Source: Treponemataceae bacterium (GTDB lineage: Bacteria; Spirochaetota; Spirochaetia; Treponematales; Rectinemataceae). From it: a stretch of 64,000 bases of DNA. This document shows, piece by piece, positions 28,743-38,592 of the stretch (its first letter is position 1; the number at the start of each line of letters is the position of its first letter). The notes under the pieces are model-generated. The model saw nothing but the letters and a program-made list of their open reading frames with translations. It did no database searches and had not been told where the DNA came from. Where the stretch lies: positions 832,001 to 896,000 of the forward strand of contig CAXXHO010000003.1 of assembly GCA_963667725.2 (NCBI GenBank), given 5' to 3'. The translations under genes were made by a program, and so were the position numbers.

Positions 28743-29156
28743 CTAAAGAAGGTCGGCCAGCGTCCTGGAAGACGCGTAGGACCTGATTTCGTTTTCGAGG
28801 GATATCCAGAACTGTCCCGCGTTGCATCCGACGAACTTCGAACAGGGCGACTTGCCTCCCGTCCTCGTCATGGCGCAGGGGGAAATCTCCATGGATTCCC
28901 CCGCGGCCTCCAGGACGGAAAGCACGCTGATTTCGCTCTTGTCCTTCACGAGATAGAAGCCGCCTCCCGGCCCGCGGTAGGCGGCGATGAGGCCCGCCTT
29001 CCTCAGCCTGAAAAAGATCTGCTGGAGAAATTCTGTGGAAATTTGTTCGTTCTCGGCTATGACGTGCAGAGCCATGGGATTGTCTCGGTTTGAATCGGCG
29101 GCAGCCAAGGCTAGAATCGCCTTGAGCGCGTAAATACCTCTGGTCGTCGTTCGCAT
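28743..29156 (-). CDS. Rrf2-family regulator with three C-terminal Cys (IscR-like)
   Basis: FLQQIFFRL, RGPGGGFYL, C-x10-C-x5-C. Confidence 0.9.
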   Translation of the reverse strand: MRTTTRGIYALKAILALAAADSNRDNPMALHVIAENEQISTEFLQQIFFRLRKAGLIAAYRGPGGGFYLVKDKSEISVLSVLEAAGESMEISPCAMTRTGGKSPCSKFVGCNAGQFWISLENEIRSYASSRTLADLL

Positions 29157-29190
29157 TTTTAATTCTCCTTATGAAATAATGGCAAATGCG

Positions 29191-29219
29191 ATTATAACCA
29201 GGGAGAATTACTCACGCAA
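29191..29219 (-). promoter_or_regulatory. Rrf2 gene promoter
   Basis: TTGCGT-N17-TATAAT. Confidence 0.6.
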
Positions 29220-29242
29220 CTTATTTTTAGAAATATACATAG

Positions 29243-30256
29243 TTATTTTACGGGCTGCCCACTGATGTCGGGGAGCCGTTCCAGGTTTCCCAAAAGCCAG
29301 CAGCGGTGGATCTTTCGGTTCCTGAAATCGCGCGGGATCGTGGCCTCGGTGACATCTTTCCAGGGCAGTCCGATGGAGGCCGCCTCCCATTTGAGCTGGC
29401 GTGAATTCGTGGAAAAGAGGATGGTGCCCTCGTTCGCCAAGACTTCGGCGCATGCCTTCAAGAGAACAGGCCAGTCGCGATTGATGTCGAAATCTTCCTT
29501 GGCCATCGTTGAGTTGGAGAATGTCGGGGGATCGGCGATGATGATGTCCCAGGTTTTGCCGGCGATCGCGGCTTGCCTCAGGAATTCCATCGCGTCGGAT
29601 TTTATGGGTTGGTGCGCGGTCGCGGCAAGCCCGTTGATCCTGAAGTTTTCCACCGACCACGAGAGATAGGTGTTGGAGAGATCGACCGAGACCACATGGG
29701 AGGCTCCTCCCGATGCCGCGTAAACCGAAAAGGAACCGGTATAACTGAAGAGATTGAGAACGCGCTTTCCGGCCGAGGCTTCCCTTATGGCCGCTCTCGC
29801 GGGCCGGTGATCGAGAAAGAGGCCGGTATCGAGGTAGTCCGAATAATTGACGTGGAAGAGAAGACCCGACTCCCTTATTATGGATTCGGCCTTCGTGTCG
29901 CCGTTGCGGTCGTACTGGGAAAGACCCTTCATCCGCCTGCGCGTCTTGAGATGGATATGTCCCGGGGATACGTTCAGCGCCTTGGCCGCGCTTTCCGCCA
30001 TGAGATCGAGCCAGGCCGCTTCCTCAGCTTCGTCTTTTTCGTAGGGGCGTTCATAGAGGGCGATGACGAGGGCGGCATCCTCGTTTTCGCCATAGAGATC
30101 CACCGCCAGCGGGATTTCCGGTATATCGCGGTCGTAAACCCTGAGCGCGTGGATGTCTTCCTTGCGAGCCCATTTTCTCAACTGCCTGCTGTTCTTGATG
30201 AGACGGTTGGAGAGATATTCGGCCTGCTTTACGTCTTTCTCCGAAGGGAAGGACAT
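29243..30256 (-). CDS. SAM-dependent rRNA methyltransferase, RlmK-like (C-terminal half of RlmKL)
   Basis: YDRDIPE, YLDTGLFLDHR, LNLFSYTG, DPPTFSNS. Confidence 0.85.
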   Translation of the reverse strand: MSFPSEKDVKQAEYLSNRLIKNSRQLRKWARKEDIHALRVYDRDIPEIPLAVDLYGENEDAALVIALYERPYEKDEAEEAAWLDLMAESAAKALNVSPGHIHLKTRRRMKGLSQYDRNGDTKAESIIRESGLLFHVNYSDYLDTGLFLDHRPARAAIREASAGKRVLNLFSYTGSFSVYAASGGASHVVSVDLSNTYLSWSVENFRINGLAATAHQPIKSDAMEFLRQAAIAGKTWDIIIADPPTFSNSTMAKEDFDINRDWPVLLKACAEVLANEGTILFSTNSRQLKWEAASIGLPWKDVTEATIPRDFRNRKIHRCWLLGNLERLPDISGQPVK

Positions 30257-30259
30257 GCT

Positions 30260-30916
30260 TTACAGCTCTGCGGTTTCGTTCTTGAGCGCGATCTTCATCA
30301 TGACCGCGAGCATGGCATAGCCTGAGGAGAGATCCTCGCGCCAGACGATTATGTTCGCGGGGACTTTAAGCTTGATGTTGGTGAAATTCCATATGGATTT
30401 GATGCCGGCCTTCACGATGCTGTCGCAGGTGCTGCTCGCGAAAGGGGAGGGGACGGTGAGTATGGCGATTTCCGCCTGCAGTTCGGGGATGATCTCCTCG
30501 AGCTTTTCGAGCGGATAGATCGGGACGCCATGGACCGTGCTCCCGACTTTCGACGGGTCGGTGTCGAAGGCCGCGATGATGTTGAGCCCGTGGTTCTTGA
30601 ATTCCTGATAGCCCGAGAGCGCCGATCCGAGGTTGCCCGCGCCGACGACGACGGCCTTATGTTCGACATTCCACCCGAGATAGCGTTCGATTGCCAGGAC
30701 GAGATCGTTGACCGGATAGCCTTTTTTGGGTTTGCCGATGATGCCCGTTATCGCCAGGTCTTTTCTCACCTGTATAGGTTCCAGGTTGAGCTCGTTGGCG
30801 ATGACGGTGCCGGAGATGAACTGGTCACCGTTGCTTTGCGCGTGTCTGATAATATTCAGATACGAAGGCAGGCGCCTTATGGACGGAGCATAGGAAACCT
30901 TTTGCTTATTGGTCAT
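30260..30916 (-). CDS. rex: Redox-sensing transcriptional repressor Rex
   Basis: RRLPSY, QVRKDL, VGAGNLG, IWNF. Confidence 0.93.
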   Translation of the reverse strand: MTNKQKVSYAPSIRRLPSYLNIIRHAQSNGDQFISGTVIANELNLEPIQVRKDLAITGIIGKPKKGYPVNDLVLAIERYLGWNVEHKAVVVGAGNLGSALSGYQEFKNHGLNIIAAFDTDPSKVGSTVHGVPIYPLEKLEEIIPELQAEIAILTVPSPFASSTCDSIVKAGIKSIWNFTNIKLKVPANIIVWREDLSSGYAMLAVMMKIALKNETAEL

Positions 30917-31070
30917 AATTTCTCCATAGGTAAATTTATGATAACTATCTATCGATAAAAGTCAAGCGAAAACACAAGCGTGATTTACTAATATAATATA
31001 TATCAATATAATGATATAGAATAGCGGTTTTCTCCACGATTTTTTCGATTTGCTCATACTTTTCAGCCTA

Positions 31071-31952
31071 TCAGTCCCACCAGATTTTCGCGCAGAAATC
31101 CGGCCTTATCGTCGCGCCGGCGTGGCGGATGGAGCAGGCCGTCCTGGTTTGCGAGAACAGGGAGGCCATTCGTTCCGAGAATAAGGTCAGGGTTCTGCCG
31201 CCGGCCACGTCTTCGTCATAGAGAAGCGCTTTTTTGCTCTTGAATCCCAGAAGCCACGCCTGATCGGAAAAAGTGAGGATCGGTTCCTCGTCGTTGCGCT
31301 TGAACATGGAGAAGCGAATGAAATAGAGTGGTATTCCCATGAGTTCCGAGAGGAGAAGGGCAGGCATGATGGAGCCGTGGGCGGCGGCGACGATGATATC
31401 GGGCTTGAATTCCTCCTCGACGCTTTTTGCGAGTCGGACGAGGAGTCCGGGGTCTGAGCCCCGCCACGTGTAGGCGTCCCTGATGCCCGTATAGACGAAG
31501 CCGCGAAGATTGGGGGGCAGGGATTCGTGAAACGAGGCCATCTGTTCCCCGAAGCTCGCGTCGAGCCGGAGGGCGGCTCTCGCCAGGTCTATGGAGCGGC
31601 GGTATAGCCGATTGGCCACGTCGATGGCCGCGATGTCGTAATCGATTCTGTACTTCCTGGCTTCCTTCAGTTCGTAATAGAGGGTTGGATGCAAGGGCAG
31701 GTCGTGTTCGACGCAGATTTTGTAGTTGAGCATGACATTGACGATAGCGGGCGCCCTGACATAGAGGAAAACCGCCAGTCCGGGAGCCTCGAGCCATTTC
31801 GGGGAGGAAGGAGAGGAAGGCCGTCCCGCGAGGGCTTTGAGCTCCTGGACGGTTATGGCGACCTCGCGCAGCAGGACTTCATAGGTTGCGGAAAACTCCA
31901 TCTCGGGCGGGGGAGTCGTCCAATCGGCGGCGCCAAGCAGTTCGACAAGCAT
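31071..31952 (-). CDS. Protein with unknown N-terminal domain and C-terminal phosphoribosyltransferase domain
   Basis: AAAHGS loop and PRPP-like motif LLYDEDVAGGRTL. Confidence 0.7.
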   Translation of the reverse strand: MLVELLGAADWTTPPPEMEFSATYEVLLREVAITVQELKALAGRPSSPSSPKWLEAPGLAVFLYVRAPAIVNVMLNYKICVEHDLPLHPTLYYELKEARKYRIDYDIAAIDVANRLYRRSIDLARAALRLDASFGEQMASFHESLPPNLRGFVYTGIRDAYTWRGSDPGLLVRLAKSVEEEFKPDIIVAAAHGSIMPALLLSELMGIPLYFIRFSMFKRNDEEPILTFSDQAWLLGFKSKKALLYDEDVAGGRTLTLFSERMASLFSQTRTACSIRHAGATIRPDFCAKIWWD

Positions 31953-32012
31953 TATGGACAATGTAGCCGCGGTCAATCCGCGGCGCAAGCTTTTTTTTCG
32001 GAGGCAGGGAAG

Positions 32013-32654
32013 GTGGCCGAGACGGCGGTTAAGACGGTGACCATAGCGATTCTGGCCGGGGGGAAAAGCAGCCGTTTCGGCGGGACCGACAAGCAGGAGA
32101 TCCCGCTCAACGGCGAAGCCATGGGAAGGCAGGTGGCAAGGAACGCCCTCGCGACGGGCCGAGCGGTGACGGTTGTCGGAAGGAACAGAAAACCCTACGA
32201 AGGTCTGCCCGTCGCTTTTACCGAGGATCTCATCCCCGGATTCGGTCCGCTTTCGGGGCTCCATGCGGCCCTATCCCGTTCCGAAACCGAATGGCTCTAT
32301 CTACTGGCCTGCGATATGCCTGTTTTTAGCCGCGAATGGCTGAGCTATCTCTTAGGCTGCGCCGGAACCGGTTCCGGTTCCGGAACTCCGCAGGCTGTCG
32401 TCGCCCAATCCGGCCGCTATATCGAGCCTTTTCAGGGACTCTATTCCCGCAGGCTGCTTGGGCGGCTGGAAGATATTTTCGCCGAGAGTTCAGGCTTCCC
32501 CGGACATTTTTCCTTCGCGAGACTTATAAAGGAAGCTCCGCACCATATCGTGCCCGAAGATGTCGCGAGGGGATTTTCCCCTGATTGGCGGCTTTTCTGC
32601 AGCATCAACAGCCAGGAGGATCTTGGAAAATTTTTACTGTCTCAGAAGAGCTAA
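32013..32654 (+). CDS. mobA: Molybdenum cofactor guanylyltransferase MobA-like
   Basis: LAGGKSSRFG, GPLSGL, LACDMP; start approximate. Confidence 0.85.
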   Translation: MAETAVKTVTIAILAGGKSSRFGGTDKQEIPLNGEAMGRQVARNALATGRAVTVVGRNRKPYEGLPVAFTEDLIPGFGPLSGLHAALSRSETEWLYLLACDMPVFSREWLSYLLGCAGTGSGSGTPQAVVAQSGRYIEPFQGLYSRRLLGRLEDIFAESSGFPGHFSFARLIKEAPHHIVPEDVARGFSPDWRLFCSINSQEDLGKFLLSQKS

Positions 32655-32706
32655 TTTTTTGCAAGTACTAGAATAGATTTACTTTTTTCGCATATAATTC
32701 TATACA

Positions 32707-34599
32707 ATGACATTTGAATCACTCGGGCTATCGCCCGCAATGCTGGAAACCCTGGCAAAAAAAGGGTTTGAAGAGCCGACACCAATTCAGGCTCTCGCCA
32801 TTCCAAGGCTTTTGGTACCAGGCCCGGCCATCGCGGCCCGCGCTCGCACCGGTACCGGTAAAACGGCCGCTTTCGGAATTCCCCTCATAGAGACCATCGG
32901 TACCGATGGCCCGATCGGAAGAACCCCCGCCTCAGCCCTCATCCTGGTCCCCACCCGCGAACTGGCCCTTCAGGTGACCGAGGAGATTTCCTCGCTGAAG
33001 CACGGCGCCAAGCCCAGACTCGCCTGCGTGTATGGCGGCGCCTCCATCGGGGAACAGCTGCGCAGACTTGCCCAGGGAGTCGATATCGTCGTGGGCACGC
33101 CCGGACGAGTGCTCGACCACATCGGACGGGGCAGCCTCGACGTATCCCACCTAAAATTCTTCATTCTCGACGAAGCCGACGAAATGCTCGACATGGGTTT
33201 CATCGACGATATCCGCGCCGTCATGGAGACGATGAACACCGACGTCCGAATGCTACTGTTCTCCGCGACGCTGGCTCCGGCCGTTCTCGACATAGTGAGG
33301 GAAAGAACCGGCGACATCGAGATTCTGGAAGACGAGACCGATACCCTGCCGACGCAGCTCGCGGAGCAGCTCTGGATCGAGGTGCATTCGAGGGACAGGC
33401 TTGAGGCGCTCTGCCGCATCGTGGACAGCACCGAAGACTTTTTCGGCATCGTCTTCGTCGCGACGAAGGTTGAAGCCGACAGGCTCGCCAGCTCTCTCGC
33501 TGAGCGAGGCTATGACGCCGAAGGACTCCATGGCGACCTCAGCCAGGACGCCCGCGAAAGAGTGCTGGGCAAGTTCAGGGACAAGAGACTGTCCATTCTC
33601 GTCGCCACCGACGTCGCCGCTCGCGGACTCGACATCGAAAAGCTCACCCACGTCATCAACTGGTCTCTTCCCCACGATCCCGATTCCTATCTCCATAGGG
33701 TGGGCAGGACGGGCAGGGCCGGCAACTCGGGCACGGCGATAACCTTCGTCACTCCCGACGAATACCGCATGCTGTTCCGCATAAAAAAACTGTCGGGAAA
33801 GCAGCTCAAGAAAGTAAGCGTGCCGGCCGTGGCCAGCATCCTCACGACCAAGAAAGAACGACTCGCCACGAAAGTGGCCGCCCGTGCCCTGACCTTCGCC
33901 GAGGAATCATCCAACAGCGAAATCTGGCGGGAACTGGCCAAGAACATACTGGAGTCCCTCGAACCCGAGGAAGCGCTCGCCGCCGCGTTGGCGGAAGGCT
34001 TCTCCGACCAGCTGGATCCGAGCCGGTACAAGGACCTCACCGAGGTTTCCGTCGACGAGGCCGGCACGAGCAGGCTCTTCGTCGCCGCGGGAAAGCTGGA
34101 TCATTTGACGCCGAGATCCCTCGTGACAATGATCAAGAAGCTGTCCAATCTTTCCGACGGAATGATCGGCAGCGTCGAAATCTACGATGCCTTTTCATTC
34201 GTGTCCGTTCCCTTCAAATCGGCCGAGAAAATCATCGACGAAGCGAGAAGGGCGGGGGGCTTTCCCACCGTCAAGCGCGCCGTTCCCAAGAACTCCCAGG
34301 GAGGCGAAGGCCGCGGCGGTCCGGGCCGCGGCGGTCCCGATCACGCCAGCCACGGCTTCGCGCCGCGCGGGGCTGAGAGGCGCGGACCGCGCCGGGAGGC
34401 CAATGTCGGTCGTCCCGAAGGCTTCGAATCGGGACACGGCAAAGGTCCAGGTCCCGTGACGCCCCGAAAAGAAGGCTATGCCGGACGCAAGGAAGGCTAC
34501 GCGGGCAGGAAGGAAGGCTTCGGTCCGCGCAGGGAAGGCGCTCCCGAACGGAAAGCCAGAAGCCGCAGCTACGGCAAAGACGATAAGAAACCGCTCTGA
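32707..34599 (+). CDS. DEAD-box RNA helicase with DbpA-type RNA-binding domain
   Basis: TGTGKT, PTRELA, DEAD, SAT, ARGLD, HRVGRTGR. Confidence 0.95.
   Translation: MTFESLGLSPAMLETLAKKGFEEPTPIQALAIPRLLVPGPAIAARARTGTGKTAAFGIPLIETIGTDGPIGRTPASALILVPTRELALQVTEEISSLKHGAKPRLACVYGGASIGEQLRRLAQGVDIVVGTPGRVLDHIGRGSLDVSHLKFFILDEADEMLDMGFIDDIRAVMETMNTDVRMLLFSATLAPAVLDIVRERTGDIEILEDETDTLPTQLAEQLWIEVHSRDRLEALCRIVDSTEDFFGIVFVATKVEADRLASSLAERGYDAEGLHGDLSQDARERVLGKFRDKRLSILVATDVAARGLDIEKLTHVINWSLPHDPDSYLHRVGRTGRAGNSGTAITFVTPDEYRMLFRIKKLSGKQLKKVSVPAVASILTTKKERLATKVAARALTFAEESSNSEIWRELAKNILESLEPEEALAAALAEGFSDQLDPSRYKDLTEVSVDEAGTSRLFVAAGKLDHLTPRSLVTMIKKLSNLSDGMIGSVEIYDAFSFVSVPFKSAEKIIDEARRAGGFPTVKRAVPKNSQGGEGRGGPGRGGPDHASHGFAPRGAERRGPRREANVGRPEGFESGHGKGPGPVTPRKEGYAGRKEGYAGRKEGFGPRREGAPERKARSRSYGKDDKKPL
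34465..34548 (+). repeat. Four degenerate 21-nt tandem repeats in the helicase tail
   Basis: Encodes RKEGYAG RKEGYAG RKEGFGP RREGAPE. Confidence 0.7.
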
Positions 34600-34619
34600 C
34601 GCGCGATCGCGCTTAAGGG

Positions 34620-34659
34620 AAGGGCCTGCCCGGGAAGCAATTCCCGGACAGGCCCTTTT
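34620..34659 (+). terminator. Intrinsic terminator
   Basis: aagggcctg...caggccctttt. Confidence 0.75.
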
Positions 34660-34773
34660 CATGTTGGGATACCAGCCTTTTCCGTATAGCCATATAGGGA
34701 AAAATCGTCCATACTATGAGCCCAGTTCCATCGGCTTTTCGCGATGGACATATCAGGATGGATGGAGTTCCCC

Positions 34774-36450
34774 ATGACGGAAAACGCCGTTGTCGAATGT
34801 GTCCCTAATTTTTCCGAAGGCCGAGACAAGAAAAAAATCGAAGCGATAGCGGAAGCCATCCGCGCCATAGCCGATGTCAAACTGCTGGATGTGGACCCCG
34901 GCGCCGATACGAACCGCACAGTGTATACTTTTGTCGGCTCGCCCAAGGCCGTGGTGGAGGCGGCCCTCGCGGGCGCCCGCGCTGCTCGGGGCCTCATAGA
35001 CATGCGGAGCCACGCGGGCGCCCATCCGCGCATAGGCGCTCTGGACGTCTGCCCCTTCGTGCCGGTATCGGGCATCACCCTGGAGGAATGCGCCGACCTG
35101 GCGCGCCAGTTCGGCGGCCGCCTCGCCGAGGAACTGGGCCTTCCCGTCTACCTCTACGAAAAAGCCGCCTCCAGGCCTACCCGCGTCAGCCTCGCCGAAA
35201 TCCGCGCCGGCGAATACGAAGGCCTCGAAGCCAAGCTTAGTGATCCCGAATGGGTGCCGGACTTCGGTCCAGCGCTTTTCGACGCCCGCTGGGGCGCGAC
35301 GGTGACCGGCGCCCGCGAATTCCTCATCGCGTACAACGTCAACCTCAACACCCGAGACAAGAAACTCGCCAACGACATAGCCCTCACGGTGAGGGAGGGC
35401 GGCCGCGTCGCGAAGAATCCCGATGGCAGCGCCGCCATGGACGCAGCGGGCAACGCCATCCGTGTGCCAGGCCGCCTCAAGGCCGTTCGGGCCATAGGCT
35501 GGTACATTGAGCAGTACCGCTGCGCCCAGGTTTCGGTGAATCTGCTCGATTACAACACAACTCCACTTTATGAGGTATACGAAATCATACGGGAAGAGGC
35601 GGACAAGCGCGGTCTTTTCACTACCGGTTCGGAGCTTGTCGGCCTCATACCACTGAAGGCCATAACGGATTGCGGCCGCCATTTTCTGCAGAAAATGGGC
35701 AAAAGTCCCGGACTGTCCGATAAAGAGCTCGTCGAGGTCGCCGTACAGTCCCTGGGGCTCGAATCGGTGAGTTCCTTCGACGCGGGACACAAGGTTGTGG
35801 AGTGGGCCTACGCGGGAAAAGGCCGTCTCGTCTCCCTCTCGGTGGCGGATTTCGTCGACGAAGTCGCGAGCGACTCGCCCGCGCCGGGCGGCGGCTCGGT
35901 GGCCGCCCTGGCCGGTTCCATGGGCGCGGCCCTGGCCGCCATGGTGGGAAACCTGACTGCGGGCAAAAAGGGCTACGAGGAGCACTACGCGGCCCTGGCG
36001 GCCATGGCGGCCGCGGCCCAGCGCACCAAGGACGAGCTGCTGGACGCCGTCGACCGCGACACCGAGGCCTTTGACGCCGTGCTCGAGGCCGCCCGCCTCC
36101 CCAAAGGCAGCGAGGCGCAGAAGGCCCTCCGCGCCAGCAGGATGGACGAGGCGAACAGGACCGCGGCCCTCGTTCCCATGGGCACGGCCAGGACCTGTCT
36201 TGAGGCGATACGGCATTGCCTCGTCGCCGTGGAGAAGGGGAACAGGAATTCCGTGACCGACGGGGCGGTCGGCATCCTCATGGCCAAGGCCGGCCTGGAT
36301 GGCGCCCTCCTCAATGTTCGGATAAACCTGGGCTCCATCCAGGACGAGGTTTTTTCCGCTTCCCTGAGCAGGGAATCCACCCGGCTGGGCCGGGAAGCCA
36401 AGGAAATCGTCCGGAAAGCGTTCGCCCAGCTTGAAGCGAGCCTGAAGTGA
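34774..36450 (+). CDS. ftcD: Glutamate formimidoyltransferase / formiminotetrahydrofolate cyclodeaminase
   Basis: ECVPNFSEGR, HPRIGALDVCPFVP, APGGGSVAAL, NVRINL. Confidence 0.93.
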   Translation: MTENAVVECVPNFSEGRDKKKIEAIAEAIRAIADVKLLDVDPGADTNRTVYTFVGSPKAVVEAALAGARAARGLIDMRSHAGAHPRIGALDVCPFVPVSGITLEECADLARQFGGRLAEELGLPVYLYEKAASRPTRVSLAEIRAGEYEGLEAKLSDPEWVPDFGPALFDARWGATVTGAREFLIAYNVNLNTRDKKLANDIALTVREGGRVAKNPDGSAAMDAAGNAIRVPGRLKAVRAIGWYIEQYRCAQVSVNLLDYNTTPLYEVYEIIREEADKRGLFTTGSELVGLIPLKAITDCGRHFLQKMGKSPGLSDKELVEVAVQSLGLESVSSFDAGHKVVEWAYAGKGRLVSLSVADFVDEVASDSPAPGGGSVAALAGSMGAALAAMVGNLTAGKKGYEEHYAALAAMAAAAQRTKDELLDAVDRDTEAFDAVLEAARLPKGSEAQKALRASRMDEANRTAALVPMGTARTCLEAIRHCLVAVEKGNRNSVTDGAVGILMAKAGLDGALLNVRINLGSIQDEVFSASLSRESTRLGREAKEIVRKAFAQLEASLK

Positions 36451-36574
36451 ACCTGAAGCGAGCCTGAGCCGCCGAAAAGTTTTCGAATAAAGATACGTTT
36501 GGATATTGACCCCGAACTTCTCTGATACTATACCTTGCTGTGAACATATCAATGCACAAAGGAGACGTGGAGCG

Positions 36575-37678
36575 GTGAAAGGATCGGATGTTACCGTTTC
36601 AAACGTATCCAAGTCCTTCGGCACCTTCAGCGCGCTGAAAGATGTCAGCCTGGATATCCATAAAGGCGAATTCTTCTCCCTCCTGGGCCCTTCCGGCTGC
36701 GGGAAGACAACCCTGCTCCGGGCGATCGCGGGATTTGAGGAACCCGACTCGGGAATCATAAGCATAGATGGGACCGACGTGTCGGGACTTCCGCCGGATA
36801 AAAGGCGCTGCAACACGGTTTTTCAGAGCTACGCCCTCTTTCCCCATCTCAGCGTATACGAAAACGTGGCCTTTCCCCTGCGCATAAAGAAGACTCCGAA
36901 CCGGCTTATCAAAGAGCTCGTGATGAAATATCTCTCCCTCGTGCAGCTCGAGAGCCATGCCGAAAAGAAGCCGAGCCAGCTGTCGGGCGGGCAGAAACAG
37001 AGAGTCGCCATTGCGAGGGCCCTCATCAACGAGCCCTCCGTCCTCCTTCTCGACGAGCCCCTTTCGGCGCTGGACGCCAAGCTCAGGCAGCACATGCTCA
37101 TGGAGCTGGATTCGATCCACGACAAGGTCGGCATCACCTTCATCTACGTCACCCACGATCAGCAGGAAGCCCTCTCGGTCTCAGACAGGATAGCAGTCAT
37201 GAGCGCGGGGAACGTCCTCCAGGTGGGCTCGCCGCAGCAGATCTACGAAAATCCGGCCACGGAGTTCGTGGCGAGGTTCATAGGCGAGGCCAATGTTTTT
37301 CAGGGCAGGGTGCTTTCGAGAGAGGGTACGCTCAATGTCATGGACGCCGAAGCCTTCGGCGAGATGCTCGTCGACGACGAAACGCCGGTCGACGTGGGCG
37401 ACAGAGTCATCGTGACGATCAGACCGGAAAAAATCCGCATCACCAACGAGAAGCCGTCGGGAAAGGAACTCAATGTCGTCCACGGCATCGTGGAAGAGCC
37501 GGTCTATTCCGGCTTTCAGACGAAGTACGTCGTGCGGACCGACGCTGGATCGCGGATCACCATTTTCCGCCAGCACGCCAACTGGTCGGAGGGCATCCCC
37601 GACATCGAGTGGAAGGATGAAGTCTTCCTGTCATTCAGCGCGCGCGATCTGGTGATCGTGGAGAAGAACGCGTCATGA
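36575..37678 (+). CDS. potA: Spermidine/putrescine ABC transporter ATPase
   Basis: GPSGCGKT, NTVFQSYALFPH, LSGGQKQR. Confidence 0.9.
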   Translation: MKGSDVTVSNVSKSFGTFSALKDVSLDIHKGEFFSLLGPSGCGKTTLLRAIAGFEEPDSGIISIDGTDVSGLPPDKRRCNTVFQSYALFPHLSVYENVAFPLRIKKTPNRLIKELVMKYLSLVQLESHAEKKPSQLSGGQKQRVAIARALINEPSVLLLDEPLSALDAKLRQHMLMELDSIHDKVGITFIYVTHDQQEALSVSDRIAVMSAGNVLQVGSPQQIYENPATEFVARFIGEANVFQGRVLSREGTLNVMDAEAFGEMLVDDETPVDVGDRVIVTIRPEKIRITNEKPSGKELNVVHGIVEEPVYSGFQTKYVVRTDAGSRITIFRQHANWSEGIPDIEWKDEVFLSFSARDLVIVEKNAS

Positions 37679-38592
37679 AGCGCAACTACGGCATGGCTTA
37701 CGCCGCGCCCCAGGCATTGTGGCTGACGGTTTTCTTCGCGGCGCCCCTCCTCATCATCATCGCGTACTCCTTCCTCAAAAAAGGACTCTACGGCGGCGTC
37801 GAGCTCCATCTCAGCCTGCAGGCATATATTGACATGGCCAACCCGACGCTTCTCCTCGTAACCTTGAGAACCCTGTGGATGTCCTTCGTGGCCACCCTCA
37901 TCACGATTCTCATCGCCTTGCCCTGCGGCTACAGCATCGCCCGCTCGAAAAACCAGGCGCTGAGGCTCTTTCTCGTCATCGTTCCCTTCTGGACGAACTT
38001 TCTCGTCCGCTGCTACGCGTGGATCGCCATCCTGGGGAACGAGGGTTTCGTCAATCAGGCGCTGCGGTTCCTCGGATTCAGGCCCGAAGGAGTCCAGTTC
38101 CTCTACAACCAGGGAGCCGTCGTCCTCGTCCTGGTCTACATGTATCTCCCTTACGCCATCCTCCCCCTCTTCTCGACCATCGATAAGTTCGATTTCACCC
38201 TGCTCGAGGCGGCGCGCGATCTCGGCGCCTCCAAGATGCAGTCGTATATAAAGGTTATGCTCCCCAACATCAAGGGCGGCATCGTCACCTCCATCCTCTT
38301 CACCTTCATACCGATATTCGGCGCCTACGCCGTGCCCCTCCTCATAGGAGGCAAGGATTCCTACATGCTCGGCAATGTCATAGCCGACCAGCTGACGAAA
38401 ACGCGGAACTGGCCGCTGGCTTCGGCGATCTCCATGACGGTTACCCTCCTCACCGCCATTTCCGTATTCCTTTTCGCGCTGAGGAAACCCAAGGAACACC
38501 ATATCGAGAAGGATTTGGATCCGCTCGCCTCGTCGTCCGGCAGCGCCGGCCGGAACGGGCTCATCGGCGGCAGCGCCGCGGGAGGACGCTGA
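37675..38592 (+). CDS. potB: Spermidine/putrescine ABC permease
   Basis: PFWTNFLVR, EAARDLGA. Confidence 0.88.
   Translation: MKRNYGMAYAAPQALWLTVFFAAPLLIIIAYSFLKKGLYGGVELHLSLQAYIDMANPTLLLVTLRTLWMSFVATLITILIALPCGYSIARSKNQALRLFLVIVPFWTNFLVRCYAWIAILGNEGFVNQALRFLGFRPEGVQFLYNQGAVVLVLVYMYLPYAILPLFSTIDKFDFTLLEAARDLGASKMQSYIKVMLPNIKGGIVTSILFTFIPIFGAYAVPLLIGGKDSYMLGNVIADQLTKTRNWPLASAISMTVTLLTAISVFLFALRKPKEHHIEKDLDPLASSSGSAGRNGLIGGSAAGGR

Noticed and set aside
30930..30965. Imperfect palindrome over the rex promoter as a Rex operator
   Set aside because: Does not match TTGTGAA-N4-TTCACAA well enough to call.
34753..36816. 687-aa minus-strand ORF
   Set aside because: Antisense to ftcD and potA, with no recognisable motifs.
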